Source of the DNA: a virus
Taxonomy: Duplodnaviria > Heunggongvirae > Uroviricota > Caudoviricetes
Virus record (IMG/VR): IMGVR_UViG_3300025765_000001
Length of the DNA: 64,000 nt
Direction: 5' to 3' (one strand)
Shown here in pieces: positions 29,446 to 39,318 of this stretch. Under the pieces are notes generated by a model. The model searched no databases. It saw nothing but the letters and a program-made list of their open reading frames with translations, and was not told the origin of the DNA. The number at the start of each line of letters is the position of its first letter. Positions within the stretch are counted from its first letter, which is position 1. Position numbers and translations under genes: made by a program.

Positions 29446-30066
29446 ATGGAAGTTCAAGAACTTAGAAAGGTTTTAGAGACATCACTTAACAAACAACTAG
29501 TCGGCTCGAATATTATGAGCCACTTTTGTTTCATTACTGAGGACTCCAAGAAGACAAGTGCTTTTGGAGACCCCAGGTACGTCCCTTTCTATTACTATCT
29601 TGGCAAACATATAGCTCCAAGGAATCTTCTAGAGATAGGTTTCCGGCTTGGATTGCTCAGCGGGGCCTTTCTGGAGAGTTGTCGATCCGTAGAGTATTTT
29701 CTGGCTTATCAGGAATCTACTGGTGATTTTTACTCTCCTAGAATGGCATCTAAGAACGTTAAGCGAAACCACAAGAAGAAGCCTCTGGAGTTTTATTTTG
29801 GACAGATAGAAGATGAAACTTTTCTAGAGAAACTGTCTGCACGGAAGTGGGACTTGGTGATCGTGAATGAAGAAAAGGATTACGACCGCCACATGTTTTA
29901 CCTAGACCTAGTTTGGGAACACATGAATCTTGGCGGACATATAGTAATGGATTACGTGAAAAGCCACGACCTCGCAGCCAGAGCCTTCCAGAGTTTCTGC
30001 AAGACCAAGAACAGAGAGCCGATTATCTTTTCGACAAGATACGGCACTGGTTTGGTAGTCAGATAA
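29446..30066 (+). CDS. methyltransferase-like protein
   Basis: LLEIG...G and .GG.IV.D class I MTase-like motifs. Confidence 0.65.
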   Translation: MEVQELRKVLETSLNKQLVGSNIMSHFCFITEDSKKTSAFGDPRYVPFYYYLGKHIAPRNLLEIGFRLGLLSGAFLESCRSVEYFLAYQESTGDFYSPRMASKNVKRNHKKKPLEFYFGQIEDETFLEKLSARKWDLVIVNEEKDYDRHMFYLDLVWEHMNLGGHIVMDYVKSHDLAARAFQSFCKTKNREPIIFSTRYGTGLVVR

Positions 30067-30080
30067 GGAAAAGGTCAGTT

Positions 30081-31190
30081 ATGCTAGATTTCGACAAGCA
30101 AAAGAAGCCGAAGCTAGAGGCTTATAAGAAGTGGGATCAGATTGGTTTGCTCAAGGGTATTAAGGATGACTTTCACCGTGCTGTCATCGCCATGATCCTA
30201 GAGAACCAGCGGCTCTATAATGAGAAGTTTCCTCTAGCCGAGGCCGACGAATCCGACAAGGCGTTCAACAACCTGTTCAGACGCCTAAGTATCCCGTTGG
30301 CTAGGAGGGTATTTTCACCTAACCAGTTCATAGCTTACAAGATTGCTTCAGTTCAAACGCTTGTCAGTCCGACCGATGAGTTTTATCACCCGAATAAATA
30401 CGGTCTCATAGTACCACATCCAATCCAGGCCAGGACTAGATTGCTGGCTACTGGTTTTCCTCTGGTGGAAGTAGACAATATCGAAGAATCCGAAACCGGG
30501 CTGCGTCAGTGGTTCGGCAAGTTTTACTACAACGAGGATGCCAGTAAATATGCTCTTAGTGCAAATGGCATTGATAACGAAGCCGAGATGACCGGTAGGA
30601 TGGCTACAGACATTATTCGAGAGTTAAACAAGGAAGTCATTTCTGATATATCCAGCACAGCTACATTCCAAGCCGAACACAGTTGGTTAAACGCAGCCAA
30701 GCTCGCCGACGCTGTTTTAGCGGTTAGCAATGCTATTGGCAGCCGTATAACCACATCTGCTAATTGGATCGTGACCTCTGAAGGGCTGGCGACACATCTG
30801 GCCCGCCATTTTGACCTCAAGGATTTTGCTGGCGTCACCTTCGCCGAGAACAGGTTGGGGTACGTTGGGCACCTTGCCAACAAGTGGCATCTCTATGCTA
30901 TCTCCGAGGACTATTTCCCCGAAACTCAGTTGGTGATGGGGTTCAATAGGCCAACTATGGAGAGCGGGTACTATTACTGCCCGTATGTTGCTTTTGCTCC
31001 AACAGCTAAACCAAGGACTTCGATTCTTTCCAGATACGGGAAGCATCTACTATCCGGGGATTACTATGGAGTAATACAAGTAGAGAATTCGTTTACAAAG
31101 GATATAGAACATGAGCCAGAACGAACCTACCCCGATTCAACACAACAACTACTGGTTGGAGAGGGCGAAGCAGATACAGCAGGAGAATAA
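30081..31190 (+). CDS. T4 gp23 major-capsid-like paralog
   Basis: KW...GLL.G...A.ILENQ, IPL.RRVF, SVQ, ANWIVTS, G.L, GYYYCPYV, SRYGK. Confidence 0.8.
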   Translation: MLDFDKQKKPKLEAYKKWDQIGLLKGIKDDFHRAVIAMILENQRLYNEKFPLAEADESDKAFNNLFRRLSIPLARRVFSPNQFIAYKIASVQTLVSPTDEFYHPNKYGLIVPHPIQARTRLLATGFPLVEVDNIEESETGLRQWFGKFYYNEDASKYALSANGIDNEAEMTGRMATDIIRELNKEVISDISSTATFQAEHSWLNAAKLADAVLAVSNAIGSRITTSANWIVTSEGLATHLARHFDLKDFAGVTFAENRLGYVGHLANKWHLYAISEDYFPETQLVMGFNRPTMESGYYYCPYVAFAPTAKPRTSILSRYGKHLLSGDYYGVIQVENSFTKDIEHEPERTYPDSTQQLLVGEGEADTAGE

Positions 31191-31449
31191 AGAAGACCTG
31201 TTGAAGACTTGGAAGAAATTATCTTTCTACTGTATTGATCCGCCACTTCCAGAGATTGAGACTAGACTAGATACTGAAAGCTATGCCCAAGCCCTTTTGT
31301 TCAAGAGTGCTAACAACATTAGCAGGAACGGCATGTTGGTAAAGCCGGGCGGTCTCAAAGTGTGTGTTGGGTTTCATGAAGGCAAATCAACCTACGTGAC
31401 TCTTTCTGGCGGCTCCGTGGTTACACGTCATCGGAGCAAGGAGGAGTAA
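31111..31449 (+). CDS. hypothetical protein
   Basis: 112-aa ORF in the operon. Confidence 0.55.
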   Translation: MSQNEPTPIQHNNYWLERAKQIQQENKEDLLKTWKKLSFYCIDPPLPEIETRLDTESYAQALLFKSANNISRNGMLVKPGGLKVCVGFHEGKSTYVTLSGGSVVTRHRSKEE

Positions 31450-31775
31450 TGGATCGTAAAGTATACGATGAATGGGTGAACTCCGTCGAAGGTACAGCCG
31501 AGTATTGTGCTGAACTCACTAAGAGGAACAAGAACTCTTCCGATCCTCTAGTTTGGTTGTTCTTCGGCCCACAGAGTTTGTCCGCCTTTCCAGACAGTGA
31601 TAAACGGCCAGCGTTCATCGATGTTCCGTCACCGCTGGATACTATGACCGAGGTAGAGATCATGGTTGAGTATCTCGGTATGACCGAGGAGGAAGCGGTC
31701 CAGACCTTGCAGTTTAGAGACGTGCAGGAGAACTTGAGGAAATACGAGAACTTGAGGAGGGATTTGCTTCAATGA
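31449..31775 (+). CDS. hypothetical protein
   Basis: TAATG coupling, GGAGG RBS. Confidence 0.7.
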   Translation: MDRKVYDEWVNSVEGTAEYCAELTKRNKNSSDPLVWLFFGPQSLSAFPDSDKRPAFIDVPSPLDTMTEVEIMVEYLGMTEEEAVQTLQFRDVQENLRKYENLRRDLLQ

Positions 31776-32602
31776 GATACGAAATCACATATCACTACAA
31801 AGAACAAGAGGATGGTATTTTCGGCGAAGACGTGAAGACTAAGACGATTAAGATCGGCACTCCCGACGACGATATCACTCTAGATGTTTGTGCTGGCAAA
31901 ATTATAGGCCAGTTGGCTAGGAGAAATATAGAGATAGTAGATGTAGAAATCATCGAACACTCTAAGAAGAATCTCACGTTCAAGCAAACTGACGACGGCA
32001 TAATGATCGGTAAGCGTAAGTTTTCTTACGAAGACGGTCCTCGTCTTGGTAACAGCGTGTGTGAGATGGAAAGTGGTACTAGTCAACCGGCCCCCGTTCA
32101 GCCAGTTCAAGCGGGTGGGCCGGTTGAACAACTGCTGGCTTTGCTTCTCAATAACCCTGGTATTCTCGGTCAAATACAAGGCACTGGTATCCAACCGCAT
32201 CAGGCTCCGATTTCTGGCGGCACCGGTTCGGTTGTTCAATTCAAACCGACGCCGGTTGGTAAGCCTCTGCGTTTCGAGATATTCAACCCTGTTATCCCAG
32301 GATTGGCACAAGAGGCCAAGCGACGTGGGTATGCTTTCACGTTGGGTAAAAAGTACCCAATCTATTCTGAATCTGCGGCATCTACTGAAAACGTCCACGC
32401 TGGTATGAACTACGTCACCGTAGATGATACCGGGCAAAGAAGAGTCATGAATGACAAACACTTTACCCCCGACGTGGCTAAGTTGGAGCGAGGGTTCGAG
32501 GGAGACTCCTTCAAGCCAGCTAGCACTCCGGGGTCGGGCGATGCCCGTCTTGATTGGGGGTCGGGCGTGGTTGATGGGGCGATGCCGGATATCAGACGAT
32601 AA
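31772..32602 (+). CDS. hypothetical protein
   Basis: 276-aa ORF with ATGA coupling. Confidence 0.75.
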   Translation: MRYEITYHYKEQEDGIFGEDVKTKTIKIGTPDDDITLDVCAGKIIGQLARRNIEIVDVEIIEHSKKNLTFKQTDDGIMIGKRKFSYEDGPRLGNSVCEMESGTSQPAPVQPVQAGGPVEQLLALLLNNPGILGQIQGTGIQPHQAPISGGTGSVVQFKPTPVGKPLRFEIFNPVIPGLAQEAKRRGYAFTLGKKYPIYSESAASTENVHAGMNYVTVDDTGQRRVMNDKHFTPDVAKLERGFEGDSFKPASTPGSGDARLDWGSGVVDGAMPDIRR

Positions 32603-32610
32603 GGAGAACT

Positions 32611-33381
32611 ATGAATCAAAGTTATGATGAACTAGACCTGGATCAGGAAGTAGACAGGGCTGTAGCAAAGTCTAGAGCAACTGGCGTAGATCAGCAACAA
32701 AAAGAGTTACTGAAAGAACTGATCCTCAAGGCCGAGAAAGCCAATGAGCAGGAATTTCCGCATTCGGAAGCTGCCCGTAAAGCCAAAGAAATGATAGACG
32801 AAGCCTATGATATCGATATAGAAGCCCCGCCAATATTTGGCAGGGAATTGAAATTGTACCATAAGATTGACGATGATCTAGATCAGTGGTCGCCTAAACA
32901 GGTACAATCTGCACTAGAGAAAGCTGTCAAGGAACTACGCACCGACGACTTTGCAGCTTTCGATCTAGCTATGACTTTGACAGGTCGCCAGTTTGTGGGC
33001 GGCGGACACATGGATGAGGAAATGGCTAGCTGGATCGAGAACATGGAACGTGTCGATGAGGTATTTAACCATAGGGAACCCTCTACGGATAGGACTGACG
33101 GCCTAAAAGGAATCGTTGTTTTCTATATTGATGTTGGGCAACTACCGCCTCAAAAGGCCGAGGCTTTCATAGAGCGTATTAAGGAAGACAACAAGGCCCT
33201 GTTGGACAAACTGCCCAGCAATGTGGGCACCGTGTTTATGCCGCATCGAGCTAGGCCAAGCAAGATAGAATACGTGTCTTTCGATAGCTTCGATAAGAAA
33301 CTCAAGGAGTTAGTATGTCGAACCAAAAAAAGAAAGAGAAGAAGAAAAAAGAAAGAGAACGAGTCGCCAAAGCCAGAGTAA
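32611..33381 (+). CDS. protein containing a T4 gp20 portal-like motif
   Basis: VFYIDVGQLPPQKAEAFI. Confidence 0.7.
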   Translation: MNQSYDELDLDQEVDRAVAKSRATGVDQQQKELLKELILKAEKANEQEFPHSEAARKAKEMIDEAYDIDIEAPPIFGRELKLYHKIDDDLDQWSPKQVQSALEKAVKELRTDDFAAFDLAMTLTGRQFVGGGHMDEEMASWIENMERVDEVFNHREPSTDRTDGLKGIVVFYIDVGQLPPQKAEAFIERIKEDNKALLDKLPSNVGTVFMPHRARPSKIEYVSFDSFDKKLKELVCRTKKRKRRRKKKENESPKPE

Positions 33382-33872
33382 TGCGGCGGCGAGTCGCTAT
33401 ACGTGCTGCGGCCAAAGAGGAAAGCGACCGGTACAAGAAGGCCAAGGAACTCAAAAAGATGGTCGCTAAGGATGTCCGAGAACGCCAGAAGTTCGAGTCT
33501 ATGTCGGAGGTTGAGAAGCTAGAACACATCCAAAATAGACTCGAATACAATCTAGAGGTTCTCAAGGCCCTTGAGGAAGAGTTCACCAAGGAAGCTATGG
33601 CCCGTAATGAATTGGTCAAGCAGCTAGAAGATGAAGGTCATCTAACCCTGTCGCAGAAGATAGACGCCCTCAAGAAGAAGTTTGCCGAGACATCTGGTGT
33701 GGATATTGCCGATATGCAGACCAACATTGAGGAATATGTAAAATCTCAAGAAGAGGTACTTGTCAACAAAGATAGAAATGATATAGTTGAGCCTGTTCTG
33801 GACGAAGAACCTGCTAGTGTTGAAAACAACGATACTAGCGAGGAAGTAGATGAGGCCAGTAAGAGCGGCTAA
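33315..33872 (+). CDS. coiled-coil hypothetical protein
   Basis: Basic N-terminus, acidic C-terminus, AAGGAG RBS. Confidence 0.7.
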   Translation: MSNQKKKEKKKKERERVAKARVMRRRVAIRAAAKEESDRYKKAKELKKMVAKDVRERQKFESMSEVEKLEHIQNRLEYNLEVLKALEEEFTKEAMARNELVKQLEDEGHLTLSQKIDALKKKFAETSGVDIADMQTNIEEYVKSQEEVLVNKDRNDIVEPVLDEEPASVENNDTSEEVDEASKSG

Positions 33873-33878
33873 AGTCTA

Positions 33879-33907
33879 TTGACACGTTCTTCGATATTCA
33901 GTACAAT
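33879..33907 (+). promoter_or_regulatory. sigma70-type promoter for SSB
   Basis: TTGACA-17 nt-TACAAT. Confidence 0.8.
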
Positions 33908-33973
33908 TAGCCAAGCTACTTGAGTGAGTAGCTGGCAAGAAACTACAATAACTTCTAAAACAGGAGAACTATC

Positions 33974-34981
33974 ATGTCACTCGACTTTCAAGAACTAGCA
34001 TTAGAGAACGAGCGTTTATCGACGCAGGCCGGGGCTGGCTGGATGAAGAACTTCGTCAAGCTACCCGAAGGCAACGGTCATATCGTTGTCCGTTTCCTTT
34101 CCACTCCTGACGGGGCGTTCAATCGGGCCAAGAACCCCTTCTATCAATACACCCGAATCCATCGGGTGAACGACAAGAGCCTACACTGTCCACGAAACTT
34201 GGTCAACAACAAGTTCGTTGGCGAGTGCTGCATCTGTGACTACTACAACTGGCTCTGGAGAGAGTCGGAGAAAAAGGGTTCAGAGGAAGCAGCCAGGATG
34301 CAGGCGAAGGCTCGTGCTATCAAACCCATCGAACGCTACTACCTCAACTGCATCGTTCGCTCAATGGTGAATGAAGAGACGCAGCAAATCGAGAAGAACG
34401 TCGGCCCACTCATCCTGAGTGTGGGCAAGACGCTTATCCAGATGGTCATTCGTGCCATCGTCGGCAACGAAAAGCTCGATGAGAAGGGCCTGGGTGACGT
34501 AACTCATCCGCTCAAGGGTCGTGACTTCAAGCTCATTAAGACGATGCGGCACAGTGGCAAGGAGGCATACCCGAACTACAGTGAGTCCAAGTTCCTCGAT
34601 CCGTCGCCACTAGGCACGCCAGAGGAAGTCGAGAAGTGGTTGGCAGGTTGCCACGATCTGGTAGCTCTTCGTGTTCTTCCGACTGCCGACGACCTGAAGT
34701 ACAACCTCAAGGTCCACCTGAATCTGATCCGTGACACCAAGAGCGGCTTCGATCCTCGTGAATGGCAGACATTGGAAGCAGCAGAAGATTCCGGCGTTAC
34801 CGTCACCGAAGACGAGATCGCCGAGGGTGCTGAGAGAGCGGCTTTCGAGGCCAATAAGAAGTCAACCCCTTCAGCCCAGCCTCCGAAGACCGATGCCCAG
34901 GTTGCAGCCGAGAAGGAAACTCCAGGTAAGGACGAGACCTTGGTGGAGTCGGACTTCCTGGCCGAACTTCGGGGCATGTAA
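33974..34981 (+). CDS. T4 gp32-like single-stranded DNA-binding protein
   Basis: VRFL, H...C...C.IC Zn site, G.DFKL.K, PNY..S.F, acidic tail. Confidence 0.85.
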   Translation: MSLDFQELALENERLSTQAGAGWMKNFVKLPEGNGHIVVRFLSTPDGAFNRAKNPFYQYTRIHRVNDKSLHCPRNLVNNKFVGECCICDYYNWLWRESEKKGSEEAARMQAKARAIKPIERYYLNCIVRSMVNEETQQIEKNVGPLILSVGKTLIQMVIRAIVGNEKLDEKGLGDVTHPLKGRDFKLIKTMRHSGKEAYPNYSESKFLDPSPLGTPEEVEKWLAGCHDLVALRVLPTADDLKYNLKVHLNLIRDTKSGFDPREWQTLEAAEDSGVTVTEDEIAEGAERAAFEANKKSTPSAQPPKTDAQVAAEKETPGKDETLVESDFLAELRGM

Positions 34982-34986
34982 CGAAC

Positions 34987-35117
34987 AAGGTGTCACCTAG
35001 AGGTTGGTTTGACTAGCATGTTGCTGGTCGAAGTCTGCGAACGTTAGCTAGTACCAGATGAGGTTTACAGACGTTTACGGCAACCGCTGCAACCTATGAT
35101 GAGTCAAACGACACCTT
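34987..35117 (+). ncRNA. structured intergenic RNA element
   Basis: AAGGTGTC/GACACCTT closing stem; AGGTTG/CAACCT; GACTAGCA/TGCTGGTC hairpin; alternative GTTTGAC/GTCAAAC pairing. Confidence 0.4.
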
Positions 35118-35120
35118 TGC

Positions 35121-35168
35121 AAAAGGGTGTGACCATATACCTTGTCGGTCGTTGGTCACACCCTTTTT
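35121..35168 (+). terminator. intrinsic terminator
   Basis: AAAAGGGTGTGACCA..TGGTCACACCCTTTTT. Confidence 0.8.
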
Positions 35169-35265
35169 TCATACATGGTGATTGCCATGAGGAGCCGGTT
35201 ATGTACCACAAACGCTTCAAACTCACCAGAAAGAAACTACCAAAACTGAAACTCAGGAGATACCA

Positions 35266-36498
35266 ATGGCGAAAAGAAAAACAACCGACGACGCAACTCC
35301 CGTCAAGGGAGTCACAATCGACACAAGCCTGCTCGCAGGCATCCTCAATGAAACTGGAGGACAGACTTTCGAGTTGGCTGGACGAGCTAGCTATTTTGTA
35401 GACACAGGCTCGCTCAGCCTGAATTACATCTGTAGCGGCAGGTTCATTACTGGCGGCTTGCCGGGCGGTAAGATTATTGAGGTCTACGGCCCACCGGCTA
35501 CATCCAAGTCCTTGCTGGGGTATTGTGCCTTGGCTGGGGTACAGCGAATGGGCGGTATCGGGGCCTATCTCGACTGCGAGCGTGCGGGCAACGCCGAGTT
35601 CGCTCAACGAGCCGGACATGTCGATACAAGTACCCTGCTGCTCTACGAACCCATTTCCATCGAGCAGGTGGAAGCCAAAATCATCAACGTCACCAGAGCC
35701 ATTCGCAAGAAGTATGGCCCGGATGTTCCTATCTTTTGGGTATGGGATTCCATTGGCGTTACTCCTTGCCAGCGTGAATGGGAAGAAGTTGGGCTGCCTG
35801 AGAATCCTACCAAGGAGCAACTCAAGGCGGTTGGTGTTGAGCGTCCTGGTGAGCGGGCACGAGCCTGTGGTGATGCACTACGGAAACTCAATCCGTTCAT
35901 CTCAGAACAGAACGCTACGCTCTACATCATCAACCAAACTCGTCAGGCTATCGGTGCTTTCTGGGAAGAAGTGACTGCTGGCGGCGGTAAGGCCCTGCCT
36001 TTCTATACCTCATGCCGACTACGCACGTCCGCTCAGAAGGAGATCAAGGATGCGAAGAGGGACATTCCTCTTGGCGTCAACTTGACCTTCCGCAACAAGA
36101 AAAATCGTAGCTTTACGCCCGGCTTGTATACAAAAGGCGTGCAGTTATACTTCGCCAACGGTATAAATCCAGTGGGCGGGCTACTGTCTTGCCTCATTGC
36201 CGCTGGTCGAGTTGACCCGACTGGCAAGGCTGGGTACTACACGGTTCTTGATCCGTGGGCCGGGGGCAAAGAGATCAAATTCCGAGCCTCAAAGGAACGC
36301 AATGATGTTCCGATTGATGTTCTACTCGATTGCCCATCAGTGATTGATGCCGACTCCAAAGAGCAAGTAGAAAGCTACTTCAAAATCTTCGGAGACGCCA
36401 TCAAGTTGACGGACGACGAGAATGTGAAAGAAATCGACAAGGCAGACGGCGAGGTTGACGATGGCCGTAACCTTGTTGGTGACGAGAATAGCTACTAG
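35266..36498 (+). CDS. uvsX: RecA/UvsX recombinase
   Basis: DTGS..LN, GLP.GKIIEVYGPPATSKS, WDS, INQ.R, GG.AL.FY. Confidence 0.92.
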   Translation: MAKRKTTDDATPVKGVTIDTSLLAGILNETGGQTFELAGRASYFVDTGSLSLNYICSGRFITGGLPGGKIIEVYGPPATSKSLLGYCALAGVQRMGGIGAYLDCERAGNAEFAQRAGHVDTSTLLLYEPISIEQVEAKIINVTRAIRKKYGPDVPIFWVWDSIGVTPCQREWEEVGLPENPTKEQLKAVGVERPGERARACGDALRKLNPFISEQNATLYIINQTRQAIGAFWEEVTAGGGKALPFYTSCRLRTSAQKEIKDAKRDIPLGVNLTFRNKKNRSFTPGLYTKGVQLYFANGINPVGGLLSCLIAAGRVDPTGKAGYYTVLDPWAGGKEIKFRASKERNDVPIDVLLDCPSVIDADSKEQVESYFKIFGDAIKLTDDENVKEIDKADGEVDDGRNLVGDENSY

Positions 36499-36509
36499 GC
36501 AGTGAGAGG

Positions 36510-36545
36510 AACGCCCAGCCCCGAAGGGGCTGGGCGTTTTTGTTT
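36510..36545 (+). terminator. intrinsic terminator
   Basis: AACGCCCAGCCCC-GAA-GGGGCTGGGCGTTTTT. Confidence 0.85.
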
Positions 36546-36803
36546 ATGTTGTTAGTTGATGCTCAAATATGATTCAGTCGGATTTACGGCTTTGGTCTTC
36601 ATGCCAAGCAAGATGGCACCTTCATCCTTTGTGGTGATGATGCTCGTTTCATGAACCATAGTCATAAACCGAATTTAGTGTGCTATACCAACGACTGCTA
36701 CGCCATACGTGACATACGTGTGGGCGAGGAGATCACATGCGATTACGCTGAATTCGATTACAAAGACCACTCCTTCGTGTGTAAATCGAACTACCAAATC
36801 TGA
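36546..36803 (+). pseudogene. SET-domain methyltransferase remnant
   Basis: MLLVDAQI*FSRIYGFGL..DARFMNHS.KPN..AIRDIRVGEEITCDY; TGA at 36570; central part deleted. Confidence 0.8.
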
Positions 36804-36848
36804 AGCGGTGATTCTAATATAATTGGAGGTCACAAGAGAGGTAATACA

Positions 36849-37718
36849 ATGAAGTTTCTAGTCACAGGAGGAGCCGGATTCATAGGTAGTAACTTGGTGG
36901 ACTTGCTTGTGGAAGAAGGTCATGAAGTCCATGTCTGGGATAGTTTCACTACTGGCGTGCCTGATAAGCTATCCAAAAAGGCCACTTGGTCTGTGGTAGA
37001 TGTCGGGGCGTTCAACCCCAGGGATCATGCATCACAGTGTAGCAACTATGAAGTCATTTTTCATTTAGCAGCCGAAGCTAGGATTCAGCCGAGTTTCCAG
37101 TTCCCTCACAAGTCTCACAATTCCAATACCAATGGGACAGCTAACGTATTAGAGTTTGCCAGAATCACTGGTAGTAAGGTGGTTTATGCTGGGTCGAGTT
37201 CTTTCTACGGCGGCGTATACAAGAACCCGTACACCTTCACGAAATGGCTGGGCGAAGAGTATTGCAAGATGTATCACAATGTCTTCAATGTTCAGACGGC
37301 GATAGCCCGTTTCTTCAACGTCTATGGGCCTCGCCATGTCAGTGATGGACCGTATGCGACGGTGCTTGCCATATTTGAGAGGCAGAAAAAGGAAGGTCTG
37401 CCGTTGACTGTGACCGGCGATGGCGAGCAACGGCGTGATTTTACCCACGTCAATGACATAGTTATTGGATTACGGGCGATCTCCGCTTTTCATTCGTTGG
37501 AGGCCCAGGTGTTTAATTTTGGGTCTGGCCGAAACCACTCCATCAATGAAGTGGCAAAATTATTTCAGCCGTCCTCAATCGAATACCTCCCGGCTCGCCC
37601 AGGCGAGGCTAGAGACACGCTGGCGGATATCGAAGCTACCTGCAACTTGTTAGGATGGACCCCGCAGCAGCGGTTGGAAGACTACATCGCCGAGTATGTC
37701 TCTGGTTTGAATAGCTGA
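36849..37718 (+). CDS. NAD-dependent nucleotide-sugar epimerase/dehydratase
   Basis: VTGGAGFIGS, Y...K, RFFNVYGP, GDGEQRRDF. Confidence 0.92.
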   Translation: MKFLVTGGAGFIGSNLVDLLVEEGHEVHVWDSFTTGVPDKLSKKATWSVVDVGAFNPRDHASQCSNYEVIFHLAAEARIQPSFQFPHKSHNSNTNGTANVLEFARITGSKVVYAGSSSFYGGVYKNPYTFTKWLGEEYCKMYHNVFNVQTAIARFFNVYGPRHVSDGPYATVLAIFERQKKEGLPLTVTGDGEQRRDFTHVNDIVIGLRAISAFHSLEAQVFNFGSGRNHSINEVAKLFQPSSIEYLPARPGEARDTLADIEATCNLLGWTPQQRLEDYIAEYVSGLNS

Positions 37719-38182
37719 TACTTGCCCCCACCGATTTTGTGGATGATGTGTCCAGATGTCTCTAGTTCACGTCTGCTTTCGGACAAGTGGTTGCAGAAAC
37801 AGGCTAGGGTTAGGTTTTCCTTATCAAACTTTCTTCGGACTTGTTTTAGTGAGACCGTGTTTCCTTTGAGGAACTCGCTTGTGATGTAGCGTCTGATTCG
37901 GCTTGCATTCCTGAGAATGTCTTTGCGTTTGTGGGTTGGCGACTCTATTTTCTTTTCTACGAGTTCAAAGGACGATTTGGCTTTGTACTCTTTGTTGCAG
38001 ATAGCTGGAACCAAGTCCACTAGATCGAGAACCTCTCCTTCTTTTATTTTGACTATAGAAATCTCGGCACCGAAAGTCTTGGAGAACTCGATCAGTTGTT
38101 GTAGATTCTTTTCGTGGGTAAAGAACTTTCGGCTGTCTCTAGTTTGAATCATCAGGCACTTACGATTCTTTTTCTGCGACAT
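37682..38182 (-). CDS. hypothetical protein (C-terminal wHTH-like)
   Basis: 166-aa basic ORF with GAGG RBS. Confidence 0.65.
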   Translation of the reverse strand: MSQKKNRKCLMIQTRDSRKFFTHEKNLQQLIEFSKTFGAEISIVKIKEGEVLDLVDLVPAICNKEYKAKSSFELVEKKIESPTHKRKDILRNASRIRRYITSEFLKGNTVSLKQVRRKFDKENLTLACFCNHLSESRRELETSGHIIHKIGGGKYQLFKPETYSAM

Positions 38183-38250
38183 ATTAGCCCTCTTGATGTA
38201 AATACTATTCTAGTATATGATTGCAGGGATATGCGGTGCAAGGGGTAAAC

Positions 38251-39294
38251 ATGGAATCTGAGAAAATTGTCCGACTTTCTACTAGTCGGAGGTTCGGTGT
38301 AGAAATTGAGGTCAACTCGTTTGACAGCCGCAATTTCAAGTTATTTCCTTTGGACAAGATCAACAAAGAATTACCCAAAGGCATTGATGAGGTAGCCGAA
38401 CTAGTAGCTCGCTCAGCGAATGAGCCAGTATCCATTAAGACATGGCATTCTACACACAACAACACAGGATGGATCGTTAAGCCAGATTCAAGTTGCGGTA
38501 TGGAAATATGTTCCCCGCCCAAGAGGGGTTGGATTGGGATACGCTCAATCTGTCAGGTAATCGACGCTGTAGCTCGTGATCGACGCATCCCGGTAGACGA
38601 GACTTGTTCCCTACACCTTCACATTGATATGGCCGACTGCGATTTCGAGCAGATAGCGGCTGCCATCGTTTGGTGGATCAAATGTGAGCGGGTATTCCTT
38701 TCGGCTGTTCCATTCCAGAGGAAGAGGAATAAGTATTGCCAATTCATTGGGCTGTGCGATCTTTTCTCACACGATTCTACCCTGGACCCTGAGATCATAA
38801 TCAAACGCATAGGTGCATCAAAGTATTATACGATCAACACATTCCATTTAATCCGGGGCGATAGAAAAACTCTGGAGTTTCGCATCATTGGCAGGGACGG
38901 GTGCCTCAATCCGTTCTTGACCAAAAACTGGATCAAACTAGTTCTGCATTTTATAGATTGCAGTCTACAACGTGGTATGCCTATTAACTGTCAACGTGGC
39001 AATAAATGGTCATCGTTCCTGTGGTTGGAGCCGGAAGATGTCTTCAACTTTCTACATTTTGATGGTACTCTTTCTAATGGTATGCGACAAACCAGGGATT
39101 GGTTTTTAGCCTCGATCATACATAATTCCAGAGAGGGCGAGCTTCCTGGTATATGGAGTTCGCCGATAACGAGTTACTCCAAGGAACAGGCCGAGCGATT
39201 GGGACGCAAGTATGGTTTAGATACAATGAATCTACTTCAGTATCTACTGCCGGGGTCGCCTGAGCTTGTTTATTCTGGAGATTATAAAGACTGA
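38251..39294 (+). CDS. putative amidoligase (COOH-NH2 ligase) family enzyme
   Basis: FGVEIE, W.VK.DSS, E..SP, C.LH.H, Y..IN, T.EFR. Confidence 0.8.
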   Translation: MESEKIVRLSTSRRFGVEIEVNSFDSRNFKLFPLDKINKELPKGIDEVAELVARSANEPVSIKTWHSTHNNTGWIVKPDSSCGMEICSPPKRGWIGIRSICQVIDAVARDRRIPVDETCSLHLHIDMADCDFEQIAAAIVWWIKCERVFLSAVPFQRKRNKYCQFIGLCDLFSHDSTLDPEIIIKRIGASKYYTINTFHLIRGDRKTLEFRIIGRDGCLNPFLTKNWIKLVLHFIDCSLQRGMPINCQRGNKWSSFLWLEPEDVFNFLHFDGTLSNGMRQTRDWFLASIIHNSREGELPGIWSSPITSYSKEQAERLGRKYGLDTMNLLQYLLPGSPELVYSGDYKD

Positions 39295-39318
39295 CTCGTA
39301 TATATTGAGGAGAAAGGC

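Noticed and set aside
35090-35117. Hammerhead ribozyme (TGATGAG followed by a short stem)
   Set aside because: Lacks the CUGAUGA and GAAA core pair
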